From Alphaproteobacteria bacterium (GTDB lineage: Bacteria > Pseudomonadota > Alphaproteobacteria > Bin95), in contig OZ219787.1 of NCBI GenBank assembly GCA_964291285.2, positions 1,856,001 through 1,920,000 of the forward strand: a stretch of 64,000 nucleotides of DNA, given 5' to 3'. The translations under genes were made by a program, and so were the position numbers. Below are positions 21,905-32,900 of this stretch, in pieces. Within the stretch, counting starts at the first letter, position 1; the number at the start of each line of letters is the position of its first letter. Under the pieces are notes generated by a model that saw only the letters and a list, made by a program, of their open reading frames with translations, was not told the origin of the DNA and did not search any database.

Positions 21905-23811
21905 CCCAACTTCAACAGTGACGATTAAAAGTATTCGATAGAACAGGGAGTTACACCGGCATCGCCGGGTGTACCCACTACATTTCGTTGATTTTGGGGA
22001 CGGTCAGGCTTTGTGTTCGCGCCAGTTCGGCGGCAGCGCGATGCCGACGGCCTGGAAGACCTTTCCGACCTGGCCCTCGACATGGGTGCGGGTGGTGATG
22101 CGCTTGCCGTCCTTCTCGATGGTGGCCTCTTGCAGGCGGTCGAGATCGCGGATCAGGTCGTCCCATTCGACGTTGACGTTGGCGGCGGCGCAGCGGTCGG
22201 CCAGTTCCTTCTGGAGGACGAGCGCGAGGAAGGAGCAGAAGACGTGGCCGCGGATCGCGGCGTCGCAGGAGTGGTAGATCGGGCGGGTGCGCAACTGGGC
22301 CTTCGCCCGGCGGAACAGGTCTTCCACCGTGAGCAGCTCCCGGTAGCGGAGCACGGCATTGAGCGGCGTCATGCCGGCGTTGGTGCGCAGCACGAAGATG
22401 CCGTCGAAGCCGGCCTCCTCGGCGAGCTTGCCGGCGTCGATCTCGAACGCCTTGCCCGCGCCCGTGCGGCGCAGATAACGCCGGTAGGCGCTGTTGCCGA
22501 TCAGCGCTTTCTCGCCGTCCGCAAGGCGGCGCTGGAGGCCGTCCACCACGGCCTGCCGGTCGGCGCGGTCCTTCTGTGCCTCCGCCTCGTTGCGGCACAC
22601 GATGTAGCGCGCGCCGCCCACCGTGACTTCCTTCACGAACAGCTGCGTCTCGCCGCGCGGACGCTTGAGGAGCAGCGGCACAAAGGGCTTCGTGTCCTTC
22701 AGCACCACCTCGCGGACCACCTTCGTGCGCCGCTCGCGCGCGCCCAGGATGTAGTCCAGCCCCCGCTCTTCCAGCGCCGCTATCGTCGCCGCCGAGATCA
22801 TCCCCCGGTCCGCCACCACGCACACACGACCGATCCCGAAGCGTGACCGAAGACGGTCCACGATCGGCAGCAGCACCCTGGTGTCGGCCGTGTTGCCCGG
22901 CAGCATCTCCGTGCACACAGGCCGGCCCTCGCCGTCCAGCACCACCGCCAGAACCATCTGGCGCAAGTCCGGGCGATGGTCCTTCGAGTAGCCGTGCGCG
23001 CCCAGCGTCTCGCCGCCCGCGCCGTGGAACGACAGCGTCGTGGTGTCCATGAACACCACAGACAGGTCGGTGAACAGGTCCCGCCTGTGCTCGAACAGAC
23101 GCTCCTCGATCCCGTCCTTCACGCAGCGCGGCGCAAGCGCGCCTTCCGCCGGCGCCTCCAGCTCCTCCCCGAGCCAGGCCATCGCCCGATACAGCTGATG
23201 AAGCCGCAACCCCTCGATCCCCTCGATCGCGTAGTCGGCCATCCACTTCTCGCAGGACCGGTCCGAACCCGACACGAACAGACGGTGCAGAACGCTCACA
23301 AACACCGCCCGCTCGACGGCGAACCCGAAGCCGCGACCGTCCAGAAGCTCCTTCACGACAGCGCCCACGCCCAGCCGATCCCACAGCCGACCGAACAGCA
23401 GCGGACCGCCGACCCGCACGCAGGCCAGCGCGCCCGCCTCCATGTCCTCCAGCACCACGGACCGCTCCGAATGGCGCGCCAGGGACGCGATCAGACGGTC
23501 CAGCTCCCCGCTCGCCTGCAACACGTCCTTGCGGCCGAGCGCGCGGATCGTGCGCTGGCGCACCCGCTTGCCCTCGCGCACGCTCTCCACGAGGTAGAGA
23601 TAGCGGTGGCCCCGGGCGGTCGTTTCGCGCACGAACATGACCGCGTTGTATGTCTTCGATATCGACCAATCAAGAAAACAAGGCCAAATCAGCAAAAATG
23701 TTTCACTACATTTTTCTCAACCCGCGCCAATCATCACCTCACTATCCAATCATTTCAACAACTTGGCGAAACCGCGCCCGGCAAAAATCGACACCGACTG
23801 TTCAAGTTGGG
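21905..23811 (-). mobile_element. IS1634-family element, complete copy, 1907 bp
   Basis: TIRs CCCAACTTCAACAGT / ACTGTTCAAGTTGGG; TSD TCAAG at 21900-21904 and 23812-23816. Confidence 0.93.
22004..23638 (-). CDS. IS1634 transposase
   Basis: YLYLVES, FMDTT, GYSKDHRPD, VVADRGM, VEDLFR, RPIYH. Confidence 0.93.
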   Translation of the reverse strand: MFVRETTARGHRYLYLVESVREGKRVRQRTIRALGRKDVLQASGELDRLIASLARHSERSVVLEDMEAGALACVRVGGPLLFGRLWDRLGVGAVVKELLDGRGFGFAVERAVFVSVLHRLFVSGSDRSCEKWMADYAIEGIEGLRLHQLYRAMAWLGEELEAPAEGALAPRCVKDGIEERLFEHRRDLFTDLSVVFMDTTTLSFHGAGGETLGAHGYSKDHRPDLRQMVLAVVLDGEGRPVCTEMLPGNTADTRVLLPIVDRLRSRFGIGRVCVVADRGMISAATIAALEERGLDYILGARERRTKVVREVVLKDTKPFVPLLLKRPRGETQLFVKEVTVGGARYIVCRNEAEAQKDRADRQAVVDGLQRRLADGEKALIGNSAYRRYLRRTGAGKAFEIDAGKLAEEAGFDGIFVLRTNAGMTPLNAVLRYRELLTVEDLFRRAKAQLRTRPIYHSCDAAIRGHVFCSFLALVLQKELADRCAAANVNVEWDDLIRDLDRLQEATIEKDGKRITTRTHVEGQVGKVFQAVGIALPPNWREHKA

Positions 23812-24282
23812 TCAAGCAATGCCGGGTTGCGGCCCAGCTCACGCAGCAGCGACTGCATCGAGGCATGCTGGAACACGATCCCCGCGATCAGAGCCCGCCA
23901 CATCGCCCGCACCGGGTAGTCGTTGCGACCCCGGCCTCGACCCGCCTCAAGCGCAGCCACAACCTTCTCGTCGGGAAGCGTGTCGAGCACCACACGCAGA
24001 CGCTCAAGGTCCGCAAGGCCCTCCACAGACCACCACGAAAAGGCTAACTTCTCCGCTGTCGCCATCACGTTCTCCCAACCAGCGCCGGTGGATGGAACAA
24101 GGGCCGCAGGCCCGATGGCGACACCTTCTACTCAGTCCCGCGCCTCAACGCGACGCGCCCGAAAACCAGCCCGCGCACGGCCATGGGGTGGAAATCCACA
24201 AAACCTTTCCCTTCAAACCGCAAAAACCCCGGAAATCAGCCATCCTGACGGGGTAAGAAAAATCCAGACCCTCCGCAATGCC

Positions 24283-24630
24283 TTGCTCAGAAAGCACTTC
24301 CAAACAGCGCACACGCCTCAGGAGAGGGTCGTGCGGCCGGATGACCTGCTGATGATGAAGCCGGACGAACAGTATGTGGTCGCGGCGTCGAAGGAGTTTC
24401 CGCGGGACGCGATGCGGTTGCGGAATACGCAGTACTGGAAGCACCGCCAGACCGGGGACTTCGCCGACCCGAACCCGTATGTGGAGCGGAAGCTCAAGGC
24501 GGCCGGGCTGTTGAACCGGCGAGAGAGGATGTCGGCGGAGGAGCGCTTCGAGCGGGATTTCGCGAAGGCGAGGGAAGAGGTGCGGGCGCGGCTGGGACCG
24601 GCCGCCTGGAGGCGGCCGGCGCCAGCGTGA
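24283..24630 (+). pseudogene. C-terminal remnant of a TraG/VirD4-type coupling protein
   Basis: RVVRPDDLLMMKPDEQYVV...DPNPY resembles Ti-type TraG C-termini; 5' part replaced by IS. Confidence 0.55.
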
Positions 24631-24649
24631 GGCGTAAACCGAGAATGGC

Positions 24650-25923
24650 TGCCGTGGGAATCCACGACCGTTTCCATGGAGCGCCGTGTGGCGCGAGCGA
24701 GTGTTTCCATGGACCCGCGGTTCGCGCCGTGGAACGCAGGACCGGTCCACGTGACGCCGTGGAAATCCACGGCCGTTTCCATGGATCGTCGTGTGGCGCG
24801 GGCGATCGTTTCCATGGACCCGCGGTTCGCGCCGTGGAACGCAGGACCGGTCCACGTGACGCCGTGGAAATCCACGGCCGTTTCCATGGATCGTCGTGTG
24901 GCGCGGGCGATCGTTTCCACGGGCGCATGGTCCGCGACATGGAACGCAGGACCGGTCCACGTGACGCCCTGGGAATCCACGGCCGTTTCCATGGATCGCG
25001 GTGTGGCGCGAGCGAGCGTTTCCATGGATCCGCGGTTCGCGCCGTGGAACGCAGGACCGGTCCACGTGACGCCGTGGAAATCCACGGCCGTTTCCATGGA
25101 TCGTCGTGTGGCGCGAGCGAGCGTTTCCATGGATCCGCGGTTCGCGCCGTGGAACGCAGGACCGGTCCACGTGACGCCCTGGGAATCCACGGGCGTTTCC
25201 ATGGATCGTCGTGTGGCGCGAGCGAACGTTTCCATGGATCCGCGGTTCGCGCCGTGGAACGCAGGACCGGTCCACGTGACGCCCTGGGAATCCACGGCCG
25301 TTTCCATGGATCGCGGTGTGGCGCGAGCGAGCGTTTCCATGGATCCGCGGTTCGCGCCGTGGAACGCAGGACCGGTCCACGTGACGCCGTGGAAATCCAC
25401 GGGCGTTTCCATGGATCGTCGTGTGGCGCGAGCGAGCGTTTCCATGGATCCGCGGTTCGCGCCGTGGAACGCAGGACCGGTCCACGTGACGCCCTGGGAA
25501 TCCACGGGCGTTTCCATGGATCGTCGTGTGGCGCGAGCGAACGTTTCCATGGATCCGCGGTTCGCGCCGTGGAACGCAGGACCGGTCCACGTGACGCCCT
25601 GGGAATCCACGGGCGTTTCCATGGATCGCGGTGTGGCGCGAGCGAGCGTTTCCATGGATCCGCGGTTCGCGCCGTGGAACGCAGGACCGGTCCACGTGAC
25701 GCCGTGGAAATCCACGGGCGTTTCCATGGATCGTCGTGTGGCGCGAGCGATCGTTTCCATGGATCCGCGGTTCGCGCCGTGGAACGCAGGACCGGCCCAC
25801 GTGACGCCGTGGGAATCCACGGCCGTTTCCATGGATCGTCGTGTGGCGCGGGCGAACGTTTCCATGGATCCGCGGTTCGCACCGTGGAACGCAGGACCGG
25901 TCCACGTGACGCCGTGGGAATCC
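24650..25923. repeat. Tandem array of about 12 x 105-bp units
   Basis: Unit ~GGAATCCACGGCCGTTTCCATGGATCGTCGTGTGGCGCGAGCGAGCGTTTCCATGGATCCGCGGTTCGCGCCGTGGAACGCAGGACCGGTCCACGTGACGCC; 35-aa period in the ORF track. Confidence 0.97.
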
Positions 25924-25997
25924 GGAGATGGCTGGAAGGACCGGGTGGACATGAGTCCCTTGGGTGCCGGCGATGGTGGCGGAGCGGAGGAAGTGAG

Positions 25998-27419
25998 ATG
26001 AAGGCGTCCAACAAATTCCTGTTCGACATGAGGTCGGTCGAGGCGATCGAGCCCGGGGAAAAGGAGAGGATCGCCTGGGACGAGGAGGTGGAAGGATTCG
26101 GGCTTCGCGTTCTGCCTTCAGGGACCCGGTCGTGGATCGCGAGCCGCAGGGTGAGGGGCGAGGACGGGAAGGTCCGGCGTCGGCGGGTGACGATCGGCCG
26201 GTTTGAGGATGTGGGGCTCGAGGAGGCGAGGAAGGAGGCGAGGAGAGTGTTGTCCGGTTCAGAGGAGGCGGCTGGTGCGGTGCAGGAGGAAGACGTTGGG
26301 GCGCCGGCGGAAGGAGCGACTGCGGGAATGCCGCAGGACATGAAGGATGCGGGGGAAGGCGCGGTGTGGGTGAATCCCGATGACGACGTGGAGCCGCGGG
26401 AGGCGGAGCATTTCCATCCGGAGACGGGCGAGATCCTGTCAGGATTTGGAGGGGAGGACGACGGCGGTTGGGTAGACGAAGGGCTCGATCTCGATGACTT
26501 GAGCCGGTCGGCGGCCGCAGGGGAGAGAGTTGCGGCTCGTGAAGAGGAGGCAGGACCGGACAGGGTAGCCATGGCGGACGTGCTGGGTGGGGTTCTGCAA
26601 GGGGTTGATGGCGACGGCCGTGAAAGGAGGGAGGGCGGTACCGGGCGAGGCGAAGGACCGGAACTCGGTGCGGACGAGAGCGAGCATGAAGGGATCGTAT
26701 CGGAAGCTGCCGATGTCACGGATGGGGATTCTTCGAAGTCGCCGGTAGGGGACGACGGGTCTGTCCGGTCCGGGCCAGGCGTTGGTGCGGAGATGGTTCG
26801 GAAGGTGGGAGGAGCCGTGGCGACGGTTGCGGGTCAGGCAGCGAGGTTGGGAAGAAAGGCGAGGACGGACCGTGGAAACGGCAGCGAGCCGGAGGATGAG
26901 GCGGCAAGCCGGCCTGCCGAAGTGGCGGACGTGCATGACGCCGGCATCGAGGAGGTGCCGCCGCCGGCGCGTCTTGTGAAGCGGCAGCGGCGCGGCGAGG
27001 GAACGGAGGGGGGAAATCGGGAGGGGATGGAAGTCAGTGACGAGACGGCAGCGGGGGTGGCGCGGAATCTTGACGAAGCGGGGGGCCTGCTGGACCGGAT
27101 CGCGGAGACCGGCGAGAAGCTGATGCCGCTGTTGGAGGACGTGTCGAGCTCGCTGACCCTGTTTTCGAAGGATGTCCGGAACTGGCGTCGTCGCTGGGTA
27201 GGGCCTGTGGTCGTGTTGGTGGTCCTGGCGCCGGTGCTGGTTGGGGCGGGACTGTTGATCCAGAGCCGGTTCCCGCTGCTGCCCAGGGCGGACCCGACAG
27301 GCGGGTGGAAGGACCATGTCTGGGAGCAGTACGGGCCCGCCCTCGTGGAATGCTACCGGCGCGCGCAGGCGACCGAAGCGGGGCGCACGGACTGCGCGGT
27401 GGAGGTGCGGGCCAGGTAA
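25998..27419 (+). CDS. Integrase arm-type DNA-binding domain protein with acidic linker and C-terminal TM; no catalytic domain
   Basis: WDEEVEGFGLRVLPSGTRSW...TIGRF..VGLEEARKEAR; TM VGPVVVLVVLAPVLVGAGLLI; GGAGG RBS. Confidence 0.75.
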   Translation: MKASNKFLFDMRSVEAIEPGEKERIAWDEEVEGFGLRVLPSGTRSWIASRRVRGEDGKVRRRRVTIGRFEDVGLEEARKEARRVLSGSEEAAGAVQEEDVGAPAEGATAGMPQDMKDAGEGAVWVNPDDDVEPREAEHFHPETGEILSGFGGEDDGGWVDEGLDLDDLSRSAAAGERVAAREEEAGPDRVAMADVLGGVLQGVDGDGRERREGGTGRGEGPELGADESEHEGIVSEAADVTDGDSSKSPVGDDGSVRSGPGVGAEMVRKVGGAVATVAGQAARLGRKARTDRGNGSEPEDEAASRPAEVADVHDAGIEEVPPPARLVKRQRRGEGTEGGNREGMEVSDETAAGVARNLDEAGGLLDRIAETGEKLMPLLEDVSSSLTLFSKDVRNWRRRWVGPVVVLVVLAPVLVGAGLLIQSRFPLLPRADPTGGWKDHVWEQYGPALVECYRRAQATEAGRTDCAVEVRAR

Positions 27420-27438
27420 GGCCCGCGGAGGTTGGCGC

Positions 27439-28464
27439 ATGTACAGCGACGCCGAGATCGATGCGGCAGTCCGGGACGGCGCGCTCGCGCCGGAGGCCGC
27501 ACTTGCGTTCCGTGCGCATGTGGCCCGGGCGCGCGCGGGGCCGGTCGGCGGCGAGGAGCACGTCCGCCTCGTGACCGGCTTCAACGACATCTTCACGGGG
27601 ACCGCCGCGGCGCTGGCGCTGGCCGGCCTGGCCTGGCTCGCCGGCAGCCTGCATGCCGCCCTCGGCGGCGCGGCGGTGGCGCTCGCCTCATGGGCGCTGG
27701 CGGAGTATTTCACCCGCCGCCGGCGCATGGCGTTCCCCTCCCTGCTGCTGCTGGCGGGGTTCGCCGGCGGCGTCTTCCAGGCCGCGTTCGAGGCCGCCGG
27801 CGCGGCCGGGCTCGATGCCGCGGACCCGGCCGCCGCCCTGGCGGGCGCCTGCGCGGCGCTGGCGGCCGGCCTGCACTGGCGGCGCTTCCGGGTGCCGGCG
27901 ACGGTGGCGGCCGGCGCGGGCGCGCTGGTCGCGGTTGCACTGGCCCTGACCGCCGCGGCCGTCCCGGAGGCCCATGCGGAGGCGGCGGTGCTCGCGGCCA
28001 TGTTCCTCGCCGGCGCCGGGGTGTTCGCCCTTGCCATGCGCCGGGACCTCTCCGACCGCGAGCGCGCCACCCGCAGGGCCGATACCGCGTTCTGGCTCCA
28101 CCTGCTGGCCGCGCCGCTCATCGTCCACCCGGCGTTCTCGCTCCTCGGCGAGGGCGGCGGCGCGCCCGGGCCGACCGCCGCGGTCGCCCTGCTCTACGCG
28201 CTGCTGGCCGTCATCGCGCTGGCGGTGGACCGGCGCTCGCTGCTGTTCGCGGCGCTCGCCTACCTGCTGACCGCGATCTACGACCTCACCCGGGGGGTGG
28301 AGTCCGTCGGGTCCCGCCTCGCGCTCGCCATCCTGGTCGCGGGCGCCGCGCTGCTGCTGCTCTCCGCCTTCTGGCGCCGCGCCCGCAGCGCCGTGCTGCG
28401 CGCCCTGCCGGCCTCATGGCAGGCCGCGTTGCCCGCATCGGCCCCGCCAGCACCGGCGCCGTGA
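27439..28464 (+). CDS. Conserved hypothetical polytopic membrane protein
   Basis: MYSDAEIDAAV...EEHVRLVTGFNDIF, AFWLHLLAAP, VDRR motifs; many TM segments; GGAGG RBS. Confidence 0.8.
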   Translation: MYSDAEIDAAVRDGALAPEAALAFRAHVARARAGPVGGEEHVRLVTGFNDIFTGTAAALALAGLAWLAGSLHAALGGAAVALASWALAEYFTRRRRMAFPSLLLLAGFAGGVFQAAFEAAGAAGLDAADPAAALAGACAALAAGLHWRRFRVPATVAAGAGALVAVALALTAAAVPEAHAEAAVLAAMFLAGAGVFALAMRRDLSDRERATRRADTAFWLHLLAAPLIVHPAFSLLGEGGGAPGPTAAVALLYALLAVIALAVDRRSLLFAALAYLLTAIYDLTRGVESVGSRLALAILVAGAALLLLSAFWRRARSAVLRALPASWQAALPASAPPAPAP

Positions 28465-28537
28465 CACGCCCGGACGGCCAGGAACCCGGAGCGGAAGGAA
28501 AGCCCCCGGGGCGCGAACCGGCCCGGAAGGAGAGACG

Positions 28538-28723
28538 ATGACCGGAAAACCGACAATGACAGCGACAGACTCCCGGCGCGCCGCCTGCGCCTTCGAGACG
28601 CTGAACGACATCGCCAGGCACTCAGGCGACAAGGGCCTGCTGATCGACATGGAACGCTTCGCGCTTGAGCTGTGCGAGACGCTGAAAACCTCGCTGCGGC
28701 TCATGCCTGGCAACGACTGCTGA
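28538..28723 (+). CDS. Small hypothetical protein
   Basis: AAGGAG RBS; natural-looking composition. Confidence 0.45.
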   Translation: MTGKPTMTATDSRRAACAFETLNDIARHSGDKGLLIDMERFALELCETLKTSLRLMPGNDC

Positions 28724-28783
28724 AACCGGAAGGGACCGGGCGGCTGACGCCGACCGCGCCAGGAGGAACGCCTGAAATGTGGA

Positions 28784-29437
28784 TCAGGACCGACAGGCGT
28801 CAGCGGAAGGTTTGTACGCAGGATTACTCCAGGCCCTTCCGGACCGGTTTCGTTTGACGATGTCGGCGACGGTATTTTTGGAGATCTGGAGGTCTCTGGC
28901 TATCCACCGGTAGCTCCGCCCGTCTTCGACGGCCTTGAGGACGGCGGGGGCGAGGCGGTCGGACTTGGGTCTCTGGCCGGGCTGGCGCCCGAGCTTTTTT
29001 CCACGGGCTCTGGCGGCGGCGAGTCCGGACTTGACGCGTTCGGAGATCAGGTCGCGTTCGAACTGGGCGATTCCGGCCAGCAGCGTGGCCATCATGCGCC
29101 CGTGGGGCGTATCGAGTTCGAAGGTCATGCCGTTCATGGCGACGAGGGAGACGTTCCATCCGGCGAGGCGGTGCAGGGTTTCGAGGAGGTCCTGCGTCGA
29201 GCGGCCCCATCGGGAGAGTTCGGTGACGAGCACGGCGTCGATCGAGCGGGCCTGGGCGAGGGCGATCACGCGGTTTCGCTCGCGCCGTGCGTTTCGGGTT
29301 CCGGAGGCGGTCTCGAGGAAGGTTCCGGCGACGTCGAACCCGGCGCGTCCCGCGAACGCCTCCAGGTCGCGGACCTGCCGTTCGCAGGACTGGTCGGCGG
29401 TCGAGACCCGTGCGTAGATGGCGGCGTTGCGTCCCAT
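28784..29437 (-). CDS. Serine resolvase/invertase
   Basis: YARVST, LSRWGRS, ERVKSGLAAARARGKKLGR, C-terminal HTH. Confidence 0.93.
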   Translation of the reverse strand: MGRNAAIYARVSTADQSCERQVRDLEAFAGRAGFDVAGTFLETASGTRNARRERNRVIALAQARSIDAVLVTELSRWGRSTQDLLETLHRLAGWNVSLVAMNGMTFELDTPHGRMMATLLAGIAQFERDLISERVKSGLAAARARGKKLGRQPGQRPKSDRLAPAVLKAVEDGRSYRWIARDLQISKNTVADIVKRNRSGRAWSNPAYKPSADACRS

Positions 29438-29631
29438 TTGAACCTACCCGGCCGGAGCATGGATAAACCGTTGATTCCACGGGGGCGTGTATTGTGCAGA
29501 ATATACACCTGTTCAACAGGGACACGTCAGGATGCCGCGCCGCCTCTCTCGCCCTCGTCCCGTGAGAGCGTTCCCGGAATCCCGTCCGACACGGCCTCCC
29601 TGGAGCGCTGCTACAGCCTTCCGGACGACGA

Positions 29632-29970
29632 TCAGGACGGGCAAGAGTTCGGGTTCGGGCCGAAGTGGAACCCCCGGACGCGCGGGAAGGCGTCCGCGTA
29701 ATCCCAGGTCTCGTCTTCCGTGCCCAGACAGGCGACCAGGATGGACGAGCCGTCCTTCCAGGTGACGGTGAGGCTGTTCGGGTTCGAGGAGCCGGTGTAG
29801 TCGACGACGCGGCTGGCCGGGGCCAGGGCGATACGGTGTTCGTCCTCGTCGACCATCCAGCGCTTTTCGACGTCTTCCCAGAATGAGTCCTCGGCACCGT
29901 AGCGTGCGACGAAGCGGTCGGCGGCAGGGGCGTTTGCGGTAACGGCAGGTGGCGGGTCGCCGGCGCTCAT
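29632..29970 (-). CDS. Hypothetical protein (112 aa)
   Basis: ATGA overlap with the upstream large gene. Confidence 0.55.
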   Translation of the reverse strand: MSAGDPPPAVTANAPAADRFVARYGAEDSFWEDVEKRWMVDEDEHRIALAPASRVVDYTGSSNPNSLTVTWKDGSSILVACLGTEDETWDYADAFPRVRGFHFGPNPNSCPS

Positions 29971-32900
29971 GCCGAGAGTCCCCTGCCCTGGTCCCGCACG
30001 GCCTGGCGCCGTGTGATCGCGGCGGCCTGGCGGGTCCAGACTTCCTCGTTGATGTGGGCGATGCCGTCAGCGAAGCCCGGAGGAAGGCCCTGGGCGATGC
30101 GTCGCGTTGATATGGGTTCGCGGGTCTGGGCGGCGTGGTCGAGGAAAGCGCGGACCATGGAGAGCGATTGCTTTGGCCATGCGCGGCTCTGGCGGGCGAA
30201 CTCGTAGACCGCCTCCGGATTGCGTTCGTCTTCCGGCAGGAAAGTCTGGCGGATGAGGCCGGCGAACTCGCCGGGGTCGAAGCGCTGGTCCTGGACGATG
30301 TCGTCGGAGCCGGGGCGCAGCGCGACCTGGTGGGGCTCCCGGTTGGCAGAGCGGGCCGCCTGGCGGATCGCGCGGAGTTCCTCGGCGATATCGACCAGGT
30401 CGACCCTCTTGCGGTCGATGTGGTCGCGGTGGGCGGGATCCTCGTTGGCGAACCAGTTGTCGAAGGTCTGGACGATCTTCTCGGCGCGGACGTCCCAGCG
30501 GCGGTATTCGGGGCTGATGTTCTTGAGGGGCGTTCCGGGTTCCGTTGGTCCATGGCGCTCGAGGATGGCCTGGTAGTGGGCGAGATGTTCGCGGCCCCGG
30601 GAGACCGCGCCGACGATTTCGTCGCGGACACGGGTCTCGCTTTCCAGGACAGCCTTGAGGCTCGTGAGGAAGCTGCGGTCGCCGGGGGTGAGATGCGGGC
30701 TTGTGAGGACGCGGTTGATGTCGGGTTTGAGTGCTTCGATGCCGGGCTGGTAGATGAGGGCGGTTTCGCCGGCGGCGATGTCGGCGTCTTCCCAGGCCTC
30801 CCGGATACGGGCGCACTCCCGGTCCACGATCTCCGGAGGGTCGATGAGGATGTCGTGCGAAAGCGGTCCGTCCATGTCGGGCTCCATGTTCCGGATTTCG
30901 ATCGGATGAGGAGCGTTGCGGGCGGCTTCGACGAGTTCGGACGCGGCGCGGTCCTTGCCGGCGCCGAAAGTCCAGAGAGTGGCGGGAGGGATGCCGATCA
31001 GGAGCGTGTCGCGGTCCTGGAGGTGGTGTGCGGCGTAGGTGGTCGGGCGGTGCGTAACGCAGGCGACCCCGTGCATGGCGGCCCATTCGGCAGCGTGCAG
31101 CCCGGCTCCTTCGTGGTTTATGCAGTGGATGACGAGGGGGGTGTCGGGCGTGCGGGCGCGCTCGGCGTTGAGCAGCTCGGCGACGCGGTGACCGTGCTCA
31201 CGTCCGAGGGAACGGCCTCCGACGATGGCCAGATGGCGGCCGTCAGGGGCGAGGGTTTCGGTCTTGTGGAGATCGCGTGCGCGCTTCTGGCGCTCCATGA
31301 GCCAGTCGCCGGCGCTCTGCGTGGTGGCGGGCGCCCGGGCATGCGGGCGAAGACCGGTCCATTTGGAAACGGCCTTCTCCGCGTATCCCGACAGTTCCCG
31401 AAGGTAGGAGGCGGTCTCCCGGAGACGGGGCAGGCGATTGGCGCCCTTGCCGGTCCGGGATATGTGCTGCAGGGACTTGTCCACCTCGCGCTGAAGGGTG
31501 CGGAAGATGGCCGCGAACCGCGAGAGCAGCATGTCGCGGTCGGAGGGGACGAGGTCGGAGGGTTCGACGGCGCTGGGATGGTCGTCGGGACAGAGCGTGG
31601 CGATATTCGTGTAGATGGTGTCGATCAGCTGGCGATGCGCAGCGCGAAGCTCGGAGTGGCGTTGCCGGATTTCTTCGGGGGTGTTGGCGCCGTCGAGGTG
31701 CCGGGTGCGCCTCCGGTCCCGCTGGTCGAAACGCCGGGACATATCGACCGTCCCGGCCTTTGCGAAGATGTCGGCGGTCGATGCGGCAAGGCTGAGATGT
31801 TCGCTGCGGGCGACGAGGTCCTGGTAGGCCTGGTCTCGCTCGTGAAGTTCGGCTGGCGAGAGCATGTACTCGAAGGCCTCGCCGCTCTGTTCCCGGTCTG
31901 GTTCGCTTCGGGCGAGCGCAAGGTGCTCCCGCTCGGACCCGGGAGTGTTTTCGAGGTTCAGGCCCGCGCGCTCGCGGCGTTCGGTTGCGAGGCGCTCGTC
32001 GACGGATCGGTGCTGGGCGTTGAAGGCTTTTGCGGCTTCGCGCAGAAGGCGGTTGGGTTCGGTTGCAAGGGGGCCTTCTTCGGTCAGGCGCCAGAGGGAG
32101 TGCATTGCCGTGAGTGCGCGCTCCCTGGTGATGGAATCGGGCGGACGGTGGGCGAGGGCTTCGGCTTCGCGCTCCTGGCGACGTTCCTCGCCGACTTTGT
32201 GGATGAGGGCCTGCGTGGTGTGAATATAGGTCTCCTTCAGCGCAGCGAGCCGGACAGGAATGTCGGTATCGACCGGGTGGTGAGGAGCGCGGGCGTTCTG
32301 TGCCCGGTCGAGGGAGACCATTTGTTCAGTGATGCGGGTGAGGGCCGTCTCGAGCTGATCGGAAGTGAGCTGGTACAGTCGGCCGAACCGGGCGCGGCGC
32401 TCGCTGTCCTCGTGCTGCCGGGCGAGTTCGGCCCGGGACGGGGTCAGCTGGCCGGTTCGCATCGCGCGCACCTCGGCGACGGCATGCCGGTTTCGCAGGG
32501 CGTGGCGCTGCTCGCGGTCTGCGTGGCGGGCGGCGCGTTCGGTCGCCGATACGGTGCGCTCGGGAGCAGGAGACTGGTGCAGGCGCTGGAGCCGGGTCCA
32601 TGCCTGTTGCCTGGAGAGCGTGGCGAGGTTGAAGACGGGGATCTTCCATTCCCGGGCTATCAGAAGGCCGAGGCCGGTGCCGCCCTGGATTTTTCCGTCC
32701 AAGGTCCAGCAGACGACGGCGTCGACGGGATTGTCGAGATTGGGGCCAAGAAGTATCGCGACGTTGCGGGCATGGGCCTTGCGGGCGAAGTCTTCGCATC
32801 TGTGCCAGGCGGGGTGAAGCCGCCCGGCGATCCTGATGCATTCCTGCAGGCGGTCGGGCGGCAGAGTGTGGCAGTCGGGGCCCCGGAGGCCCTCGAAGCC

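Larger units (their letters stand above)
20678..24068 (-). pseudogene. IS5/IS1182-like transposase split by IS1634
   Basis: GRNDYP, GYDGK, WFGYGLH, SADRGLD, YNRRTAMERIN; rejoins in frame as RNPALLEICGFE. Confidence 0.82.
20461..24282 (-). mobile_element. IS5/IS1182-like element interrupted by IS1634 (ends approximate)
   Basis: Weak terminal IR GAGATTGCG / CGCAATGCC; truncated genes on both sides; no TSD. Confidence 0.55.

Noticed and set aside
24650-25923. CRISPR or other guide-RNA array
   Set aside because: Units are near-identical end to end with no unique spacers; no cas, reverse transcriptase or Nop-domain gene recognised in the window
25998-27419. Functional tyrosine integrase
   Set aside because: No R-H-R-Y catalytic domain follows the arm-binding domain
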